A stretch of 64,000 bases of DNA from Thermoanaerobaculia bacterium (GTDB lineage: Bacteria; Acidobacteriota; Thermoanaerobaculia; Multivoradales; Multivoraceae), in the NCBI GenBank assembly GCA_963666565.1, contig OY762911.1, forward strand, positions 1,504,001 through 1,568,000, in the 5' to 3' direction. The notes beneath the pieces are model-generated. The model saw nothing but the letters and a program-made list of their open reading frames with translations, had not been told where the DNA came from and searched no databases. The position numbers and the translations under genes were made by a program. Positions 1 to 8,841 of the stretch are shown here, one piece after another. Numbering within the stretch: position 1 is the first letter of the stretch; the number at the start of each line of letters is the position of its first letter.

Positions 1-135
1 GAGAGGGACGGGGTTTGCGCTTGCTCCGCTTCACTCGCTCCGGTTCGGCGTCGGCTTCCGGGGAAGGCGTCGGCCGTCGCTCGTTCAGAGGCACCTGGAC
101 GCCGACCCCTCCTGACCCGACTGGGCTGGACGTCG
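1..135 (+). repeat. Partial copy (3' part) of ~200-bp palindromic-arm element, family A
   Basis: Shares CGCTCCGGTTCG.CGTCGG and terminal GGGCTGGACG.CG with the copy at 6521-6710; 106-135 is identical to 16855-16884. Confidence 0.7.
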
Positions 136-1395
136 TCAGGCCATCTCCTGACGCACCACCTCGTCGTAGTGGTCGATCACCCGCCGCACGTAGGCCCGCT
201 TCTCGATGTAGCTGCCCGGGTAGAAGCTGCGCTTGAAGCCGTAGATGACCACGTTGCGCAGGTCGTCGAGGGAAAGGTCGAAGGCGTGGCAGGCCAGGGC
301 GATCTCGTTGGTCACCGTGGTGTGGGACATGAGCCGGTTGTCGGTGCAGAGGGTGACCGAGAGGCGATCCGCCATCATCCTGCCGAAGGGGTGGTCGGCG
401 AAGGTCTCCAGGCTCTGGATGCTCTGCAGGTTCGAGGTGATGCAGACCTCCAGGGTGATCCGCCGGTCGCTGATGTACTGGGCCAGGTTGCGGATGTAGC
501 GCTCGGGATCCCGGGCCGCCGCCGAGTCCGGGTTGTCGCGCCGGAGCCGGTCGGCGGCGTAGAGGTGGGTGCCGTGGCCGATCCGGTCGGCCTGGAGCAG
601 GGTGATCGCCTGGAAGATGCTCTCCGGCCCGTATGCCTCGCCGGCGTGGATCGTCTTCTTCAGGAAGTGCTGCTGCGCGTACAGGAAGGCGTCCCGATGC
701 ACGGCGGCGGGGTTGCCGGCCTCGGCGCCGGCGAGATCGAAAGCGACGACCGGCAGCCCGAGCCGGTCGCGCGCCTCGACCACGGAACGGGCCAGCGACA
801 GCGAGGCGGCGGCGTGGATCTCGGGCCTGGTCCAGCCGTCGAGAGCCGAGAAGAGGCCGCGGTAGTACGGGCTGTGGCCGGGACCGAACATCCGTAACGC
901 GCAGGCGATGATCCCGTAGCGGAAGGGCGGCTCGGCGCCGCTCCGCACGCTCTCGGCGGCCTCGTGCTCGCGCTGGACCCGGGCGAGCCCCCGGTCGACC
1001 GCGGCCAGCACGCCGGCGGTGTCGAGACCGGGGCCGGTGTGGAGTTGCGGCGCCAGGCGCACCTCCAGGTAGCAGACGTTCTCGGCCAGGTTGTCGGCGC
1101 CGAGTTCGTAGGCGGCGCGCTCCAGCGCCTCGGCGGTGCAGAGCGCCGGCGCAGTGTAGGAGAAGGTGCGGAGGTAGTCCTCCAGGTCGTCGTAGCGCTC
1201 CTTGAAGACGAGTTCCAGCAGACCCTCCGGCGTCTGCGAGGGGAGTTCCAGCCGAGCGTCTCGGGCCAGCTCGATCAGCGTGTCGAGCCGGAGCGAACCG
1301 TCGAGGTGAACGTGAAGGTCGGTCTTCGGCAGCTTGCCGATCAGATCGGCCGAGGGAAGGGGTGCGTTCAAGTCGGTATCATGCGCGGTCTGCAT
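136..1395 (-). CDS. add: Adenosine deaminase family protein
   Basis: LPKTDLHVHLDGSLR, HAGEA, RIGHG, CTDNR motifs; ATG at 1395 chosen inside the longer ORF 136..2769. Confidence 0.9.
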   Translation of the reverse strand: MQTAHDTDLNAPLPSADLIGKLPKTDLHVHLDGSLRLDTLIELARDARLELPSQTPEGLLELVFKERYDDLEDYLRTFSYTAPALCTAEALERAAYELGADNLAENVCYLEVRLAPQLHTGPGLDTAGVLAAVDRGLARVQREHEAAESVRSGAEPPFRYGIIACALRMFGPGHSPYYRGLFSALDGWTRPEIHAAASLSLARSVVEARDRLGLPVVAFDLAGAEAGNPAAVHRDAFLYAQQHFLKKTIHAGEAYGPESIFQAITLLQADRIGHGTHLYAADRLRRDNPDSAAARDPERYIRNLAQYISDRRITLEVCITSNLQSIQSLETFADHPFGRMMADRLSVTLCTDNRLMSHTTVTNEIALACHAFDLSLDDLRNVVIYGFKRSFYPGSYIEKRAYVRRVIDHYDEVVRQEMA

Positions 1396-1449
1396 GGCGC
1401 AGTGTACAGCGACTTTGAGGATGGGCGACCATCGGCGGGAGGCGAGACG

Positions 1450-2820
1450 ATGACGACGACCAGACGTTCCTTTCTCGGCGGCGTGGGCGGTCTCGGCGCG
1501 GCCGCCGCGGGCTTCGGCACGGCGGGCGCCGCGTTCGCCGCGCCGGCGCGCCGCAAGGCGGTGGCCCCGAGCGACCGCATCCGCGTTGGGTCCATCGGCG
1601 TCAACGGCATGGGGTCGAGCGACATGGGCTCGATGCTCGATGTCGACGGCGTCGAATGCGCGGCGCTCTGCGACGTCGACCGGAACGTGCTCGACCGGGC
1701 GGTCGAGGGCTTCACGGAACTGACCGGCAGCAAGCCGGACGCTTACACCGACTACCGCAAGCTGCTCGAGGACGACGAGATCGACGCGGTCATCGTCGCC
1801 ACCCCGGACCACTGGCACTGCAAGATCATGGTCGACGCCTGCGAGGCGGGGAAGGACGTCTACGTCGAAAAGCCGATGGCGAACTCGATCGAGGAGATCC
1901 GCATCATGCAGCGAGCCGCCAGGGCCTACGGCCGGGTCGTCCAGGTCGGCCAGTGGCAGCGCTCCGGCAAGCACTGGCAGGACGCGATGGAGTACCTCTG
2001 GTCCGGCGAACTCGGCCAGATCCGCACGGCGAAGGCCTGGGCCTACATGGACTGGGACGCGCCGGAGCGAGTGCCGGACTCGAAGCCGCCGAAGGGCGTG
2101 GACTACGACATGTGGCTGGGCCCGGCGCCGAAGCGGCCCTTCAACGAGAACCGGTTCCACTGGAACTTCCGCTGGTACTGGGACTACGCCGGCGGCCTGA
2201 TGACGGACTGGGGCGTCCACCTGATCGACATGGCGCTGATGGGCATGAAGGCGACGGCGCCGAAGTCGGTCATGTCGCTGGGCGGGGCGTTCGGCTATCC
2301 CGACGGCGCGGTCGAGACGCCGGATACCCAGCAGGCGGTGTACGAGTTCGACGACTTCACGATGGTCTGGGAGCACGCCCTGGGCATCGCGCTCGGTCCG
2401 CACCAGCGCGGGCACGGCGTGTCCTTCGTCGGCAACAGGGGCACGCTGGTCGTCGATCGGAGCGGCTGGGAAGTGCTGCCCGAGGTCGGCCGCGAGGACG
2501 GCAAGCGGTTCTACAAGACGGCCGCGATCCCCGACCGGGTGGCATCGCGCAGCCGGCGGGGTCTGGCCCAGCACACCGAGGACTTCATCGAGTGCATGAA
2601 GACCCGCGAGCAGCCGCGCTGCAACGCGGACGTCGGCGCCCTGGCCGCCGTCAACGCGCACCTCGGGAACATCGCGTTCCGCACCGGCCGGCGGGTCTAC
2701 TGGGACCACGAGGCGGGCCGGTTCATCGGCGACGACGAGGCGAACGCGCTGCTCCTGGCCGAGTACCACAACGGCTGGCAGCTTCCGGTCGTCTCGGGCG
2801 CCGAGGCTTCGGCGGGTTGA
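1450..2820 (+). CDS. Tat-exported Gfo/Idh/MocA family oxidoreductase
   Basis: TRRSFLG twin-arginine signal; IGVNGMG, ATPDHWH, VYVEKP, DWGVHLID motifs. Confidence 0.9.
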   Translation: MTTTRRSFLGGVGGLGAAAAGFGTAGAAFAAPARRKAVAPSDRIRVGSIGVNGMGSSDMGSMLDVDGVECAALCDVDRNVLDRAVEGFTELTGSKPDAYTDYRKLLEDDEIDAVIVATPDHWHCKIMVDACEAGKDVYVEKPMANSIEEIRIMQRAARAYGRVVQVGQWQRSGKHWQDAMEYLWSGELGQIRTAKAWAYMDWDAPERVPDSKPPKGVDYDMWLGPAPKRPFNENRFHWNFRWYWDYAGGLMTDWGVHLIDMALMGMKATAPKSVMSLGGAFGYPDGAVETPDTQQAVYEFDDFTMVWEHALGIALGPHQRGHGVSFVGNRGTLVVDRSGWEVLPEVGREDGKRFYKTAAIPDRVASRSRRGLAQHTEDFIECMKTREQPRCNADVGALAAVNAHLGNIAFRTGRRVYWDHEAGRFIGDDEANALLLAEYHNGWQLPVVSGAEASAG

Positions 2821-2891
2821 TTCACCGCCTGAACGCGGCCCGCGGCGCCCAGTGGCCGCGGGCGGGCGGCGCGCGGTATTGAGGTCCTGAC

Positions 2892-3794
2892 GTGGGTTCT
2901 CTCGAAGACCTGCGGCTCGGCGCCGCCACGATCCTGTTCGGCGAGGGCCGGGGCAAGTACCCCGACAACAACGCCCTGCTGGTCGAGGGCGCCGAGTCGA
3001 CGATGCTCGTCGACCCGTCGCTCGGCGTGCGCGCCCGCGGCCGGGGCGCCCTGCCGCCGGTCGACCTCGTGCTGCTCAGCCACTGCCACGAGGACCACAC
3101 CGCCGGGCTGCCGCTGTTCCGGGACGCGCCCGTCCACGTCCACGAGGAGGATCTGCCGGGCCTGCTCGACTTCGACGGTTTTCTGGACATCTTCGGCGTC
3201 GAGCCGGAGCGCCGCGAGGAGTACGGCGGCTACCTGCGGACGCGTTTCTTCTACGAGCCGCGGCCGGACGCCGTGCCGTTCCGCGACGGCGACCTGTTCG
3301 ACCTCGGCGGCGGCGTCTCGGTGCGGATCCTCCACACGCCCGGCCATACGCGCGGGCACTGCGCCCTGCTGATCGAGCCGGACGGCGTCCTGTTCCTGGG
3401 CGACATCGACCTGACCGGTTTCGGTCCGTACTACGGCGACGCGTGGTCCGACCTGGAGGAGTTCGAGCGCTCGCTCGAGCAGGTCCGCGGCATCGAGGCG
3501 AGGCACTACCTGACCGGTCACCACATCGGCCTGCTTGCCGACCGCGAGGCGTTCCTGGGGCGACTGGACCGTTACGTCGCGCGCATCGCCGACCGCGAGG
3601 GCCGCCTGCTCCAGTACCTGAGCGAGCCGCGGACGATGGAGGACATCGTCGCCCACCGCTTCGTCTATCGCCCGCACGACCGGGGCGAGGGCATCGCCAA
3701 GGTCGAACGGCGCAGCGCGCAGCTCCACCTCGACCGCCTCGAGCGCGACGGCCGGGTCGAGCGGGACGGCGACCTGTACCGCGCGACCCGGTAG
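2892..3794 (+). CDS. Metallo-beta-lactamase fold hydrolase
   Basis: SHCHEDH, HTPGHT, LFLGD, TGH metal-binding motifs. Confidence 0.85.
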   Translation: MGSLEDLRLGAATILFGEGRGKYPDNNALLVEGAESTMLVDPSLGVRARGRGALPPVDLVLLSHCHEDHTAGLPLFRDAPVHVHEEDLPGLLDFDGFLDIFGVEPERREEYGGYLRTRFFYEPRPDAVPFRDGDLFDLGGGVSVRILHTPGHTRGHCALLIEPDGVLFLGDIDLTGFGPYYGDAWSDLEEFERSLEQVRGIEARHYLTGHHIGLLADREAFLGRLDRYVARIADREGRLLQYLSEPRTMEDIVAHRFVYRPHDRGEGIAKVERRSAQLHLDRLERDGRVERDGDLYRATR

Positions 3795-3816
3795 GCGCAG
3801 CAACGGGTCGCTCGCT

Positions 3817-3840
3817 GGGTGCGCGGGTCTTCCGACCCGC
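3817..3840 (+). repeat. REP-like hairpin, family B
   Basis: GGGTGCGCGGGTCTTCCGACCCGC; stem GCGGGTC/GACCCGC; just after stop at 3794. Confidence 0.85.
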
Positions 3841-3890
3841 CCGCCGCTCCGCCCTGGGGCGTTCTATACTGCCGAACGGGAGGTTCCAGA

Positions 3891-4448
3891 TTGTCCGTCA
3901 AGACCCTTGCCGCCGTCGTTCCGGCTCTCGCCCTGGCCGCGGCGCCGCTCGCCGCCGCGCCGCCGCTGTTCGCCGAGGACGCGGCCTCCGTGGCACACCT
4001 GATCGAGCCGGACACCGTCCACCCGGCCACCGCGGAGCAGTTCAAGGCAGTCCTGGAACACCACCGCGGCAAGGTGGTCGTCGTCAACTTCTGGGCCACC
4101 TGGTGCATCCCTTGCCTTCAGGAACTCCCCGAACTCGACCTCCTGCAGGAGCGCTACGCCGACCGCGGCCTCGTCGTGCTCGCCGTTTCCATGGACGACC
4201 CGGAGAAGCTGGAGGACCGGGTCCGCCCCTTCTTCGCCAAGCGGGCGCCGGGCCTCGTCTCCTACCTCGCGTCGTCCGAGGGCGACTCGGTCGAATTCGT
4301 GACCGCGCTCGACCCGGAATGGCCGGGGGCGCTGCCGACGACGATGTTCTTCGACCGCGATGGGGAGTTCGTCAACATGCACCTCGGGCGGATGCTGTAC
4401 TCGGAGTTCGAAGAGGCCGTGCTCGAACTGCTCGGGGAGGACGCCTGA
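3891..4448 (+). CDS. TlpA/ResA-like thiol:disulfide oxidoreductase with signal peptide
   Basis: VVNFWATWCIPC, ALPTT; hydrophobic N-terminus; TTG start inferred. Confidence 0.85.
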   Translation: MSVKTLAAVVPALALAAAPLAAAPPLFAEDAASVAHLIEPDTVHPATAEQFKAVLEHHRGKVVVVNFWATWCIPCLQELPELDLLQERYADRGLVVLAVSMDDPEKLEDRVRPFFAKRAPGLVSYLASSEGDSVEFVTALDPEWPGALPTTMFFDRDGEFVNMHLGRMLYSEFEEAVLELLGEDA

Positions 4449-5404
4449 GCGGTCAGGCGGCGTCGGGGAAACGGCGGCCCCACAACGCGCTCGCCGAACC
4501 GGCGGTCGACCGCCGGTCCGAGCGCCGCGCCGACGCCGACTGGCTTGCGCGCCGCCTCGCCGACCCGGCCAGCCGGTTGACCGCCGTCTGGCGCGAGCGC
4601 AGCCTCATCTTCGACGCGCACGCCGGCGACCGGGGGCCGGTTCCCGGCACCGTACCGGCGGTCGAGGCGGCCGCTCTGGTCGAGCAGTCGGAGCAAGTCG
4701 TCTTCCTGGGCGAAGCGGAGGGCGTCGCCTACTTCTCGATCGACGTGTCCGACCGCGAGGATCCCCTCGCCGGTCCGCTGCGGGGCGCCGGCCGCTTCGT
4801 CGAGTTGCGCCAGGTCGGCGCCGCGATGAGCGGCCGCGGCGGCAACCTGCTCGCCTACGCCCGGGCCATGGCCACCTGGCACCGCCGCCACCGTTTCTGC
4901 GGCCAGTGCGGCGCCGCGACCGAGAGCCGCAACGCCGGCCACCTGCGGGTCTGCACGGCGTGCGGCAGCGAGCACTTTCCGCGCACCGACCCCGCCGTCA
5001 TCATGCTCGTCCACACGGAGGCCGGCGGCGACCGTTCCTGTCTGCTGGGCCGGCAGGCCTCCTGGCCGGCGGGCATGTTCTCGGCGCTCGCCGGCTTCGT
5101 CGAGCCCGGCGAGAGCCTGGAGAGCGCGGTCGCGCGCGAGGTCCGGGAAGAGACCGGCATCGCGGTGGACAAGGTCCGCTACCACTCCTCCCAGCCCTGG
5201 CCGTTTCCGACCTCGATCATGCTCGGCTTCTACGCCACCTCGCCCGGCGGCGACGTGCGGGTCGACACCGAGGAACTGGAGCAGGCCGTGTGGGCCACCC
5301 GTTCGGACCTTGAGTACGCGCTCCGCGCCCGCGAGGTGCGGCTGCCGCCGCCGTTCTCCATCGCCCGCCGCCTGATCGACGACTGGCTCCGCGACGAGCG
5401 CTGA
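4445..5404 (+). CDS. nudC: NAD(+) diphosphatase NudC
   Basis: RFCGQCG..CTACG zinc ribbon, FPRTDPAVIM, Nudix box GFVEPGESLESAVAREVREETG, SQPWPFP; start uncertain. Confidence 0.9.
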   Translation: MSGQAASGKRRPHNALAEPAVDRRSERRADADWLARRLADPASRLTAVWRERSLIFDAHAGDRGPVPGTVPAVEAAALVEQSEQVVFLGEAEGVAYFSIDVSDREDPLAGPLRGAGRFVELRQVGAAMSGRGGNLLAYARAMATWHRRHRFCGQCGAATESRNAGHLRVCTACGSEHFPRTDPAVIMLVHTEAGGDRSCLLGRQASWPAGMFSALAGFVEPGESLESAVAREVREETGIAVDKVRYHSSQPWPFPTSIMLGFYATSPGGDVRVDTEELEQAVWATRSDLEYALRAREVRLPPPFSIARRLIDDWLRDER

Positions 5405-5422
5405 GCGCGTAGCATTGTCCCC

Positions 5423-6472
5423 ATGACCCTCGACTCGACGAATGGCGGCGCCTCGTCGGCCGCGGTGACCGACCTCCTCGGCCGGCCGTTGCGCGACCTG
5501 CGCATCTCCGTCATCGACCGTTGCAACTTCCGCTGCACGTTCTGCATGCCGGCCGACCGGGAGTACAGGTTCCTGCCGAGGCAGCAGTTGATGACGTTCG
5601 AGGAGATCGAGCGGCTGGTGCGGCTGTTCGTTCAACTCGGCGTGCGCAAGCTGCGGCTGACCGGCGGCGAGCCCCTCCTGCGGCGGGACATCGAGGATCT
5701 GGTCCGGCGTCTGGCCGCCGTTCCCGGAGTCGAGGACCTCGCCCTGACCACGAACGGCGCCCTGCTGGCGAAGAAAGCCCGCGCGCTTGCCGAGGCCGGC
5801 CTCGACCGGGTGACCGTCAGCGTCGAGTCGCTGCACGACGACGTCTTCGGCCGCGTGACCGGCCTCGGCCACGGCGTCGGCCAGGTGCTGGAGGGCATCG
5901 ACGCCGCGGCGGAAGCCGGCCTCGGCCCGATCAAGATCAACACGGTCGTCATGAAGGGAACGAACGAGGACGAGGTCGCCGACATCGCCGGCTACTTCAA
6001 GGAACGCGGCCACATCGTCCGCTTCATCGAGTTCATGGACGTCGGCACGGTGAACGACTGGAGCCTCGAGCAGGTCGTGACCGCCTCCGGGATCGCCGAC
6101 CGCATCGCCGAGCGCTGGGCCTTCGAGCCGGTCGACCGCGCCCAGCCCAGCGACGTCGCCGAGCGCTTCCGCTACCTCGACGACGGCGTCGAGTTCGGCG
6201 TCATCCCTTCCATCAGCCGCCCCTTCTGCGGGGACTGCGCCAGGGCCCGCCTCTCCTCCGACGGCCGCCTCTACACCTGCCTCTTCGCCGACACCGGCCC
6301 CTCGCTGCGCGACCGCCTCCGCGCCGGCGCCACGGACGACGACCTGCTCGCCTTCCTCGCCGCCCACTGGCGCCAGCGCGAAGACCGCTACTCCGAAGTC
6401 CGCGCCGAACGCCTCCGCGCCGGCCTGCAGCCGGCCGCGGAACGCGTCGAGATGTTCCGCATCGGCGGCTGA
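5423..6472 (+). CDS. moaA: GTP 3',8-cyclase (molybdenum cofactor biosynthesis)
   Basis: LRISVIDRCNFRCTFCMP, LTGGEP, FCGDCARARL..LYTCLF, C-terminal IGG. Confidence 0.95.
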   Translation: MTLDSTNGGASSAAVTDLLGRPLRDLRISVIDRCNFRCTFCMPADREYRFLPRQQLMTFEEIERLVRLFVQLGVRKLRLTGGEPLLRRDIEDLVRRLAAVPGVEDLALTTNGALLAKKARALAEAGLDRVTVSVESLHDDVFGRVTGLGHGVGQVLEGIDAAAEAGLGPIKINTVVMKGTNEDEVADIAGYFKERGHIVRFIEFMDVGTVNDWSLEQVVTASGIADRIAERWAFEPVDRAQPSDVAERFRYLDDGVEFGVIPSISRPFCGDCARARLSSDGRLYTCLFADTGPSLRDRLRAGATDDDLLAFLAAHWRQREDRYSEVRAERLRAGLQPAAERVEMFRIGG

Positions 6473-6520
6473 GACGCCCCGCGGCGCGGCCGCCCGGGGT
6501 GTGGCGACGTCGTCCGTGCA

Positions 6521-6710
6521 CCAGCCCGCGGCGGGGCCGGGGGGAGGGGCGCCAGGGGCCGCTCGCCCTCTCGGAGAGGATGGGGAGGGTGGGCTCGCTG
6601 TTGTCGGCTGCGCTCCGGTTCGACGTCGGTTGCCGGAACGGTGTAGGCAGTCGCTGGCCTCCGACCCCCTGGCGCCCCTCCCCCCGGCCCGCAGCGGGCT
6701 GGACGCCGTT
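6521..6710 (+). repeat. Full copy of ~200-bp palindromic-arm element, family A
   Basis: Arms 6521-6558 and 6666-6702 are reverse complements with one mismatch and one bulge. Confidence 0.85.
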
Positions 6711-6751
6711 GGGTGCGCGGGTCTTCTGACCCGCCGCCGCCGAAGGCGGCG
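6711..6751 (+). repeat. REP-like hairpin, family B, with GCCGCCGAAGGCGGC second hairpin
   Basis: GGGTGCGCGGGTCTTCTGACCCGC followed by CGCCGCCGAAGGCGGCG. Confidence 0.85.
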
Positions 6752-6924
6752 AACAGACGCCGCCGGCCGAAGAGACGGCGACCTCCCGGAATGTCAGGAC
6801 GGTGTGATGGCCGCTGGGGAGCAGCCCTGCCTGTGTGACCGTGCGCTGACCGGTCGGTGATTTCGCCGGAAAGGGCTCGTTCACGCGTTGACCGTCGGTG
6901 GACGCGGCCGGTACGCTGTCGGCG

Positions 6925-7125
6925 ATGACGACGGTCGAGCAGGCTGCGGAACGCGATCAGCGGCTTTCGGGACGCGACGAACCCGCTACTCGCGGCGACC
7001 TCTCCCTTTTGGCCGCCGAGATTCGCGCCGAGATCGCGGCCCTGGAATCTCGCCTCCTGTGGCGTCTTCTCGGCGGCGGTGGCGCCCTGCTGCTCCTTTC
7101 CCGTCTCGCCGACTTCCTTACCTGA
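6925..7125 (+). CDS. Small coiled-coil protein with C-terminal hydrophobic segment (DUF1640-like)
   Basis: ATRGDL..L.AEIRAEIAALESRLLWRLLG heptad pattern followed by a hydrophobic tail. Confidence 0.55.
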   Translation: MTTVEQAAERDQRLSGRDEPATRGDLSLLAAEIRAEIAALESRLLWRLLGGGGALLLLSRLADFLT

Positions 7126-7363
7126 CGTCGGCGTTCGCCACGACCTTCAACTCCAGACCGCTCTCCTGGAGAACGCGGTCCAGTATCCCCTCCTCGCGGC
7201 AGCCCTCGAAGAAGATCGCCAGGGCCTCATGCAGCATGGCCATGGCTTCCTCGACCGTGGAGCCCTGGCTCGCTACATGAAGCCCCGGACACGAGGCTAT
7301 CCAGGCGTCCCGCTCGCGGTGGACTTCTGCAGGAACTTCGGTACCGGGGACTGTGCGGATCAC
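7118..7363 (-). CDS. hicB: HicB-family antitoxin (orphan)
   Basis: WIASCPGLHVASQGSTVEEAMAMLHEALAIFFE matches the HicB N-terminal signature; GTG start inferred. Confidence 0.75.
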   Translation of the reverse strand: MIRTVPGTEVPAEVHRERDAWIASCPGLHVASQGSTVEEAMAMLHEALAIFFEGCREEGILDRVLQESGLELKVVANADVR

Positions 7364-7434
7364 TTGAACCTCCAAAGGCTGGAGTGCAACGTAGCACGGC
7401 CAGCCGTGAGGTCCGGCGACCTCATTCCAATGCC

Positions 7435-7631
7435 CGACGACGTCCAACCTGAAGCGGGTCCGGGGAAGGGTCCCAGCGGGCTGGAGGCCAGCGACTGCCC
7501 TTGTCCCCTCATCGACCAACTTCGTCTCGGAGCGCAGCCGACCGAAGCGAGGGCCAAGTCTCCTCATCCACCTGGAAGGCGCGAGCGTCCGTCTGGGACC
7601 CTCCCCCGGACCCGCTTCAGGCGGGTGCTAC
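7435..7631 (-). repeat. Full copy of family A element, inverted relative to 6521-6710
   Basis: Arms 7448-7476 and 7593-7621 (29 bp, one mismatch); internal GTCGGCTGCGCTCC and GGCAGTCGCTGGCCTCC (minus strand) shared with the 6521 copy; minus strand begins GTAGCACCCG. Confidence 0.85.
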
Positions 7632-7723
7632 TGCCGTCGCATCCGACCGTGAACGCTCCGCTTACGACGCGGTTCCGGTACAGTGACGCGCATGTGCACG
7701 GTCGCGAAACGGGAGCCGCGGCG

Positions 7724-8767
7724 GTGAGCACCCGGCCCCTGCTGGCGGCGGCCGAGGGTGAGCGGGACCGCAAGGCGGAGCACATCCGGCTGGCGCTTGA
7801 CCGGCGGATGCAGGTGGAGCGCAGCTACTTCGACGACTACCGCTTCGAGCACCGGGCACTGCCCGAGATCGACTTCGAGGACGTGCGGATCGGCGCCGAG
7901 TTTCTGGGCCGCGCGCTCCGCGCGCCGCTGCTCATCTCGTGCATGACCGGCGGCACCGGGGTTGCGGAGCGGATCAACCGGCGCCTCGCCGAGGCGGCGG
8001 AGGCGGAGCGGGTCGTGCTGGGGATCGGTTCGCAGCGCAAGGCGATCGACGATCCGGAGACGGCGGCGACGTTCCGCGTCCGGGAATTCGCGCCCAGCGT
8101 GCCGATCCTGGCCAACCTGGGCGCGGTGCAACTGAACTACGGCTACGGCATCGACGAGTGCCGCCGCGCGGTCGACATGGTCGAGGCCGACGCCCTGGCG
8201 CTGCACCTGAACGCGCTGCAGGAGGCGCTCCAGCCGGAAGGGCAACTCAACTTCCGCGGACTGCTGCCGAAGATCGCCCGCGTGGTCGAGGCGCTGGACG
8301 TGCCGGTCGTGGTCAAGGAGATCGGTTGCGGCATCTCGGCGGCGGTCGGCCGCGAGCTCGCCAACGTCGGCATCCGCATCCTGGACACGGCCGGCGTCGG
8401 CGGCACGAGCTGGGCTCGTATCGAGGCGGCCCGAGCCGACGAAACGGCCCTCGGCGAGCGCTTCGCCGACTGGGGGCTGCCGACGCCGGAGTCGATCCGC
8501 CAGTTGGCGGCGGTTCCCGGCGTGCAGGTGATCGGCAGCGGCGGCATCCGCTCCGGCGTCGATGCGGCGAAGGCCCTGGCGCTCGGCGCCGACATCGCCG
8601 GCATGGCGTTCCCGTTCCTCGAGGCGGCGAACGCCTCGACGGCCGCGGTGGTCGACCGGATCGCCCGCACCGCCTTCGAGCTGCGCACCTGCATGTTCTG
8701 CACCGGCGCCGCCGACCTCGCGGCGCTTCGCCGCGTGCCGCTCGCGCGGGAGGCTCGCAGTGGCTGA
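7724..8767 (+). CDS. fni: Type 2 (FMN-dependent) isopentenyl-diphosphate delta-isomerase
   Basis: RKAEHI, ISCMTGG, GSQR, HLNALQEALQPEG, VKEIGCG, GGTSW, SGGIR. Confidence 0.95.
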   Translation: MSTRPLLAAAEGERDRKAEHIRLALDRRMQVERSYFDDYRFEHRALPEIDFEDVRIGAEFLGRALRAPLLISCMTGGTGVAERINRRLAEAAEAERVVLGIGSQRKAIDDPETAATFRVREFAPSVPILANLGAVQLNYGYGIDECRRAVDMVEADALALHLNALQEALQPEGQLNFRGLLPKIARVVEALDVPVVVKEIGCGISAAVGRELANVGIRILDTAGVGGTSWARIEAARADETALGERFADWGLPTPESIRQLAAVPGVQVIGSGGIRSGVDAAKALALGADIAGMAFPFLEAANASTAAVVDRIARTAFELRTCMFCTGAADLAALRRVPLAREARSG

Positions 8768-8841
8768 GCGGCTCTCCAGGCTGCCCGGAGGTTCACGTCT
8801 CGAGAGTCGGCGTGCCAGCTCGCCGGCGCGGGAGGCCGTCC

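Noticed and set aside
2892-3794. Beta-lactamase
   Set aside because: No signal peptide and a C-terminal winged-helix-like tail; a generic cytoplasmic MBL hydrolase
6501-6884. Short ORFs over the repeats (also 48566-48997 and 37799 onward)
   Set aside because: They are translations of the repeat elements (recurring GARVF, PPPGGPPRTG, APRSGD peptides)
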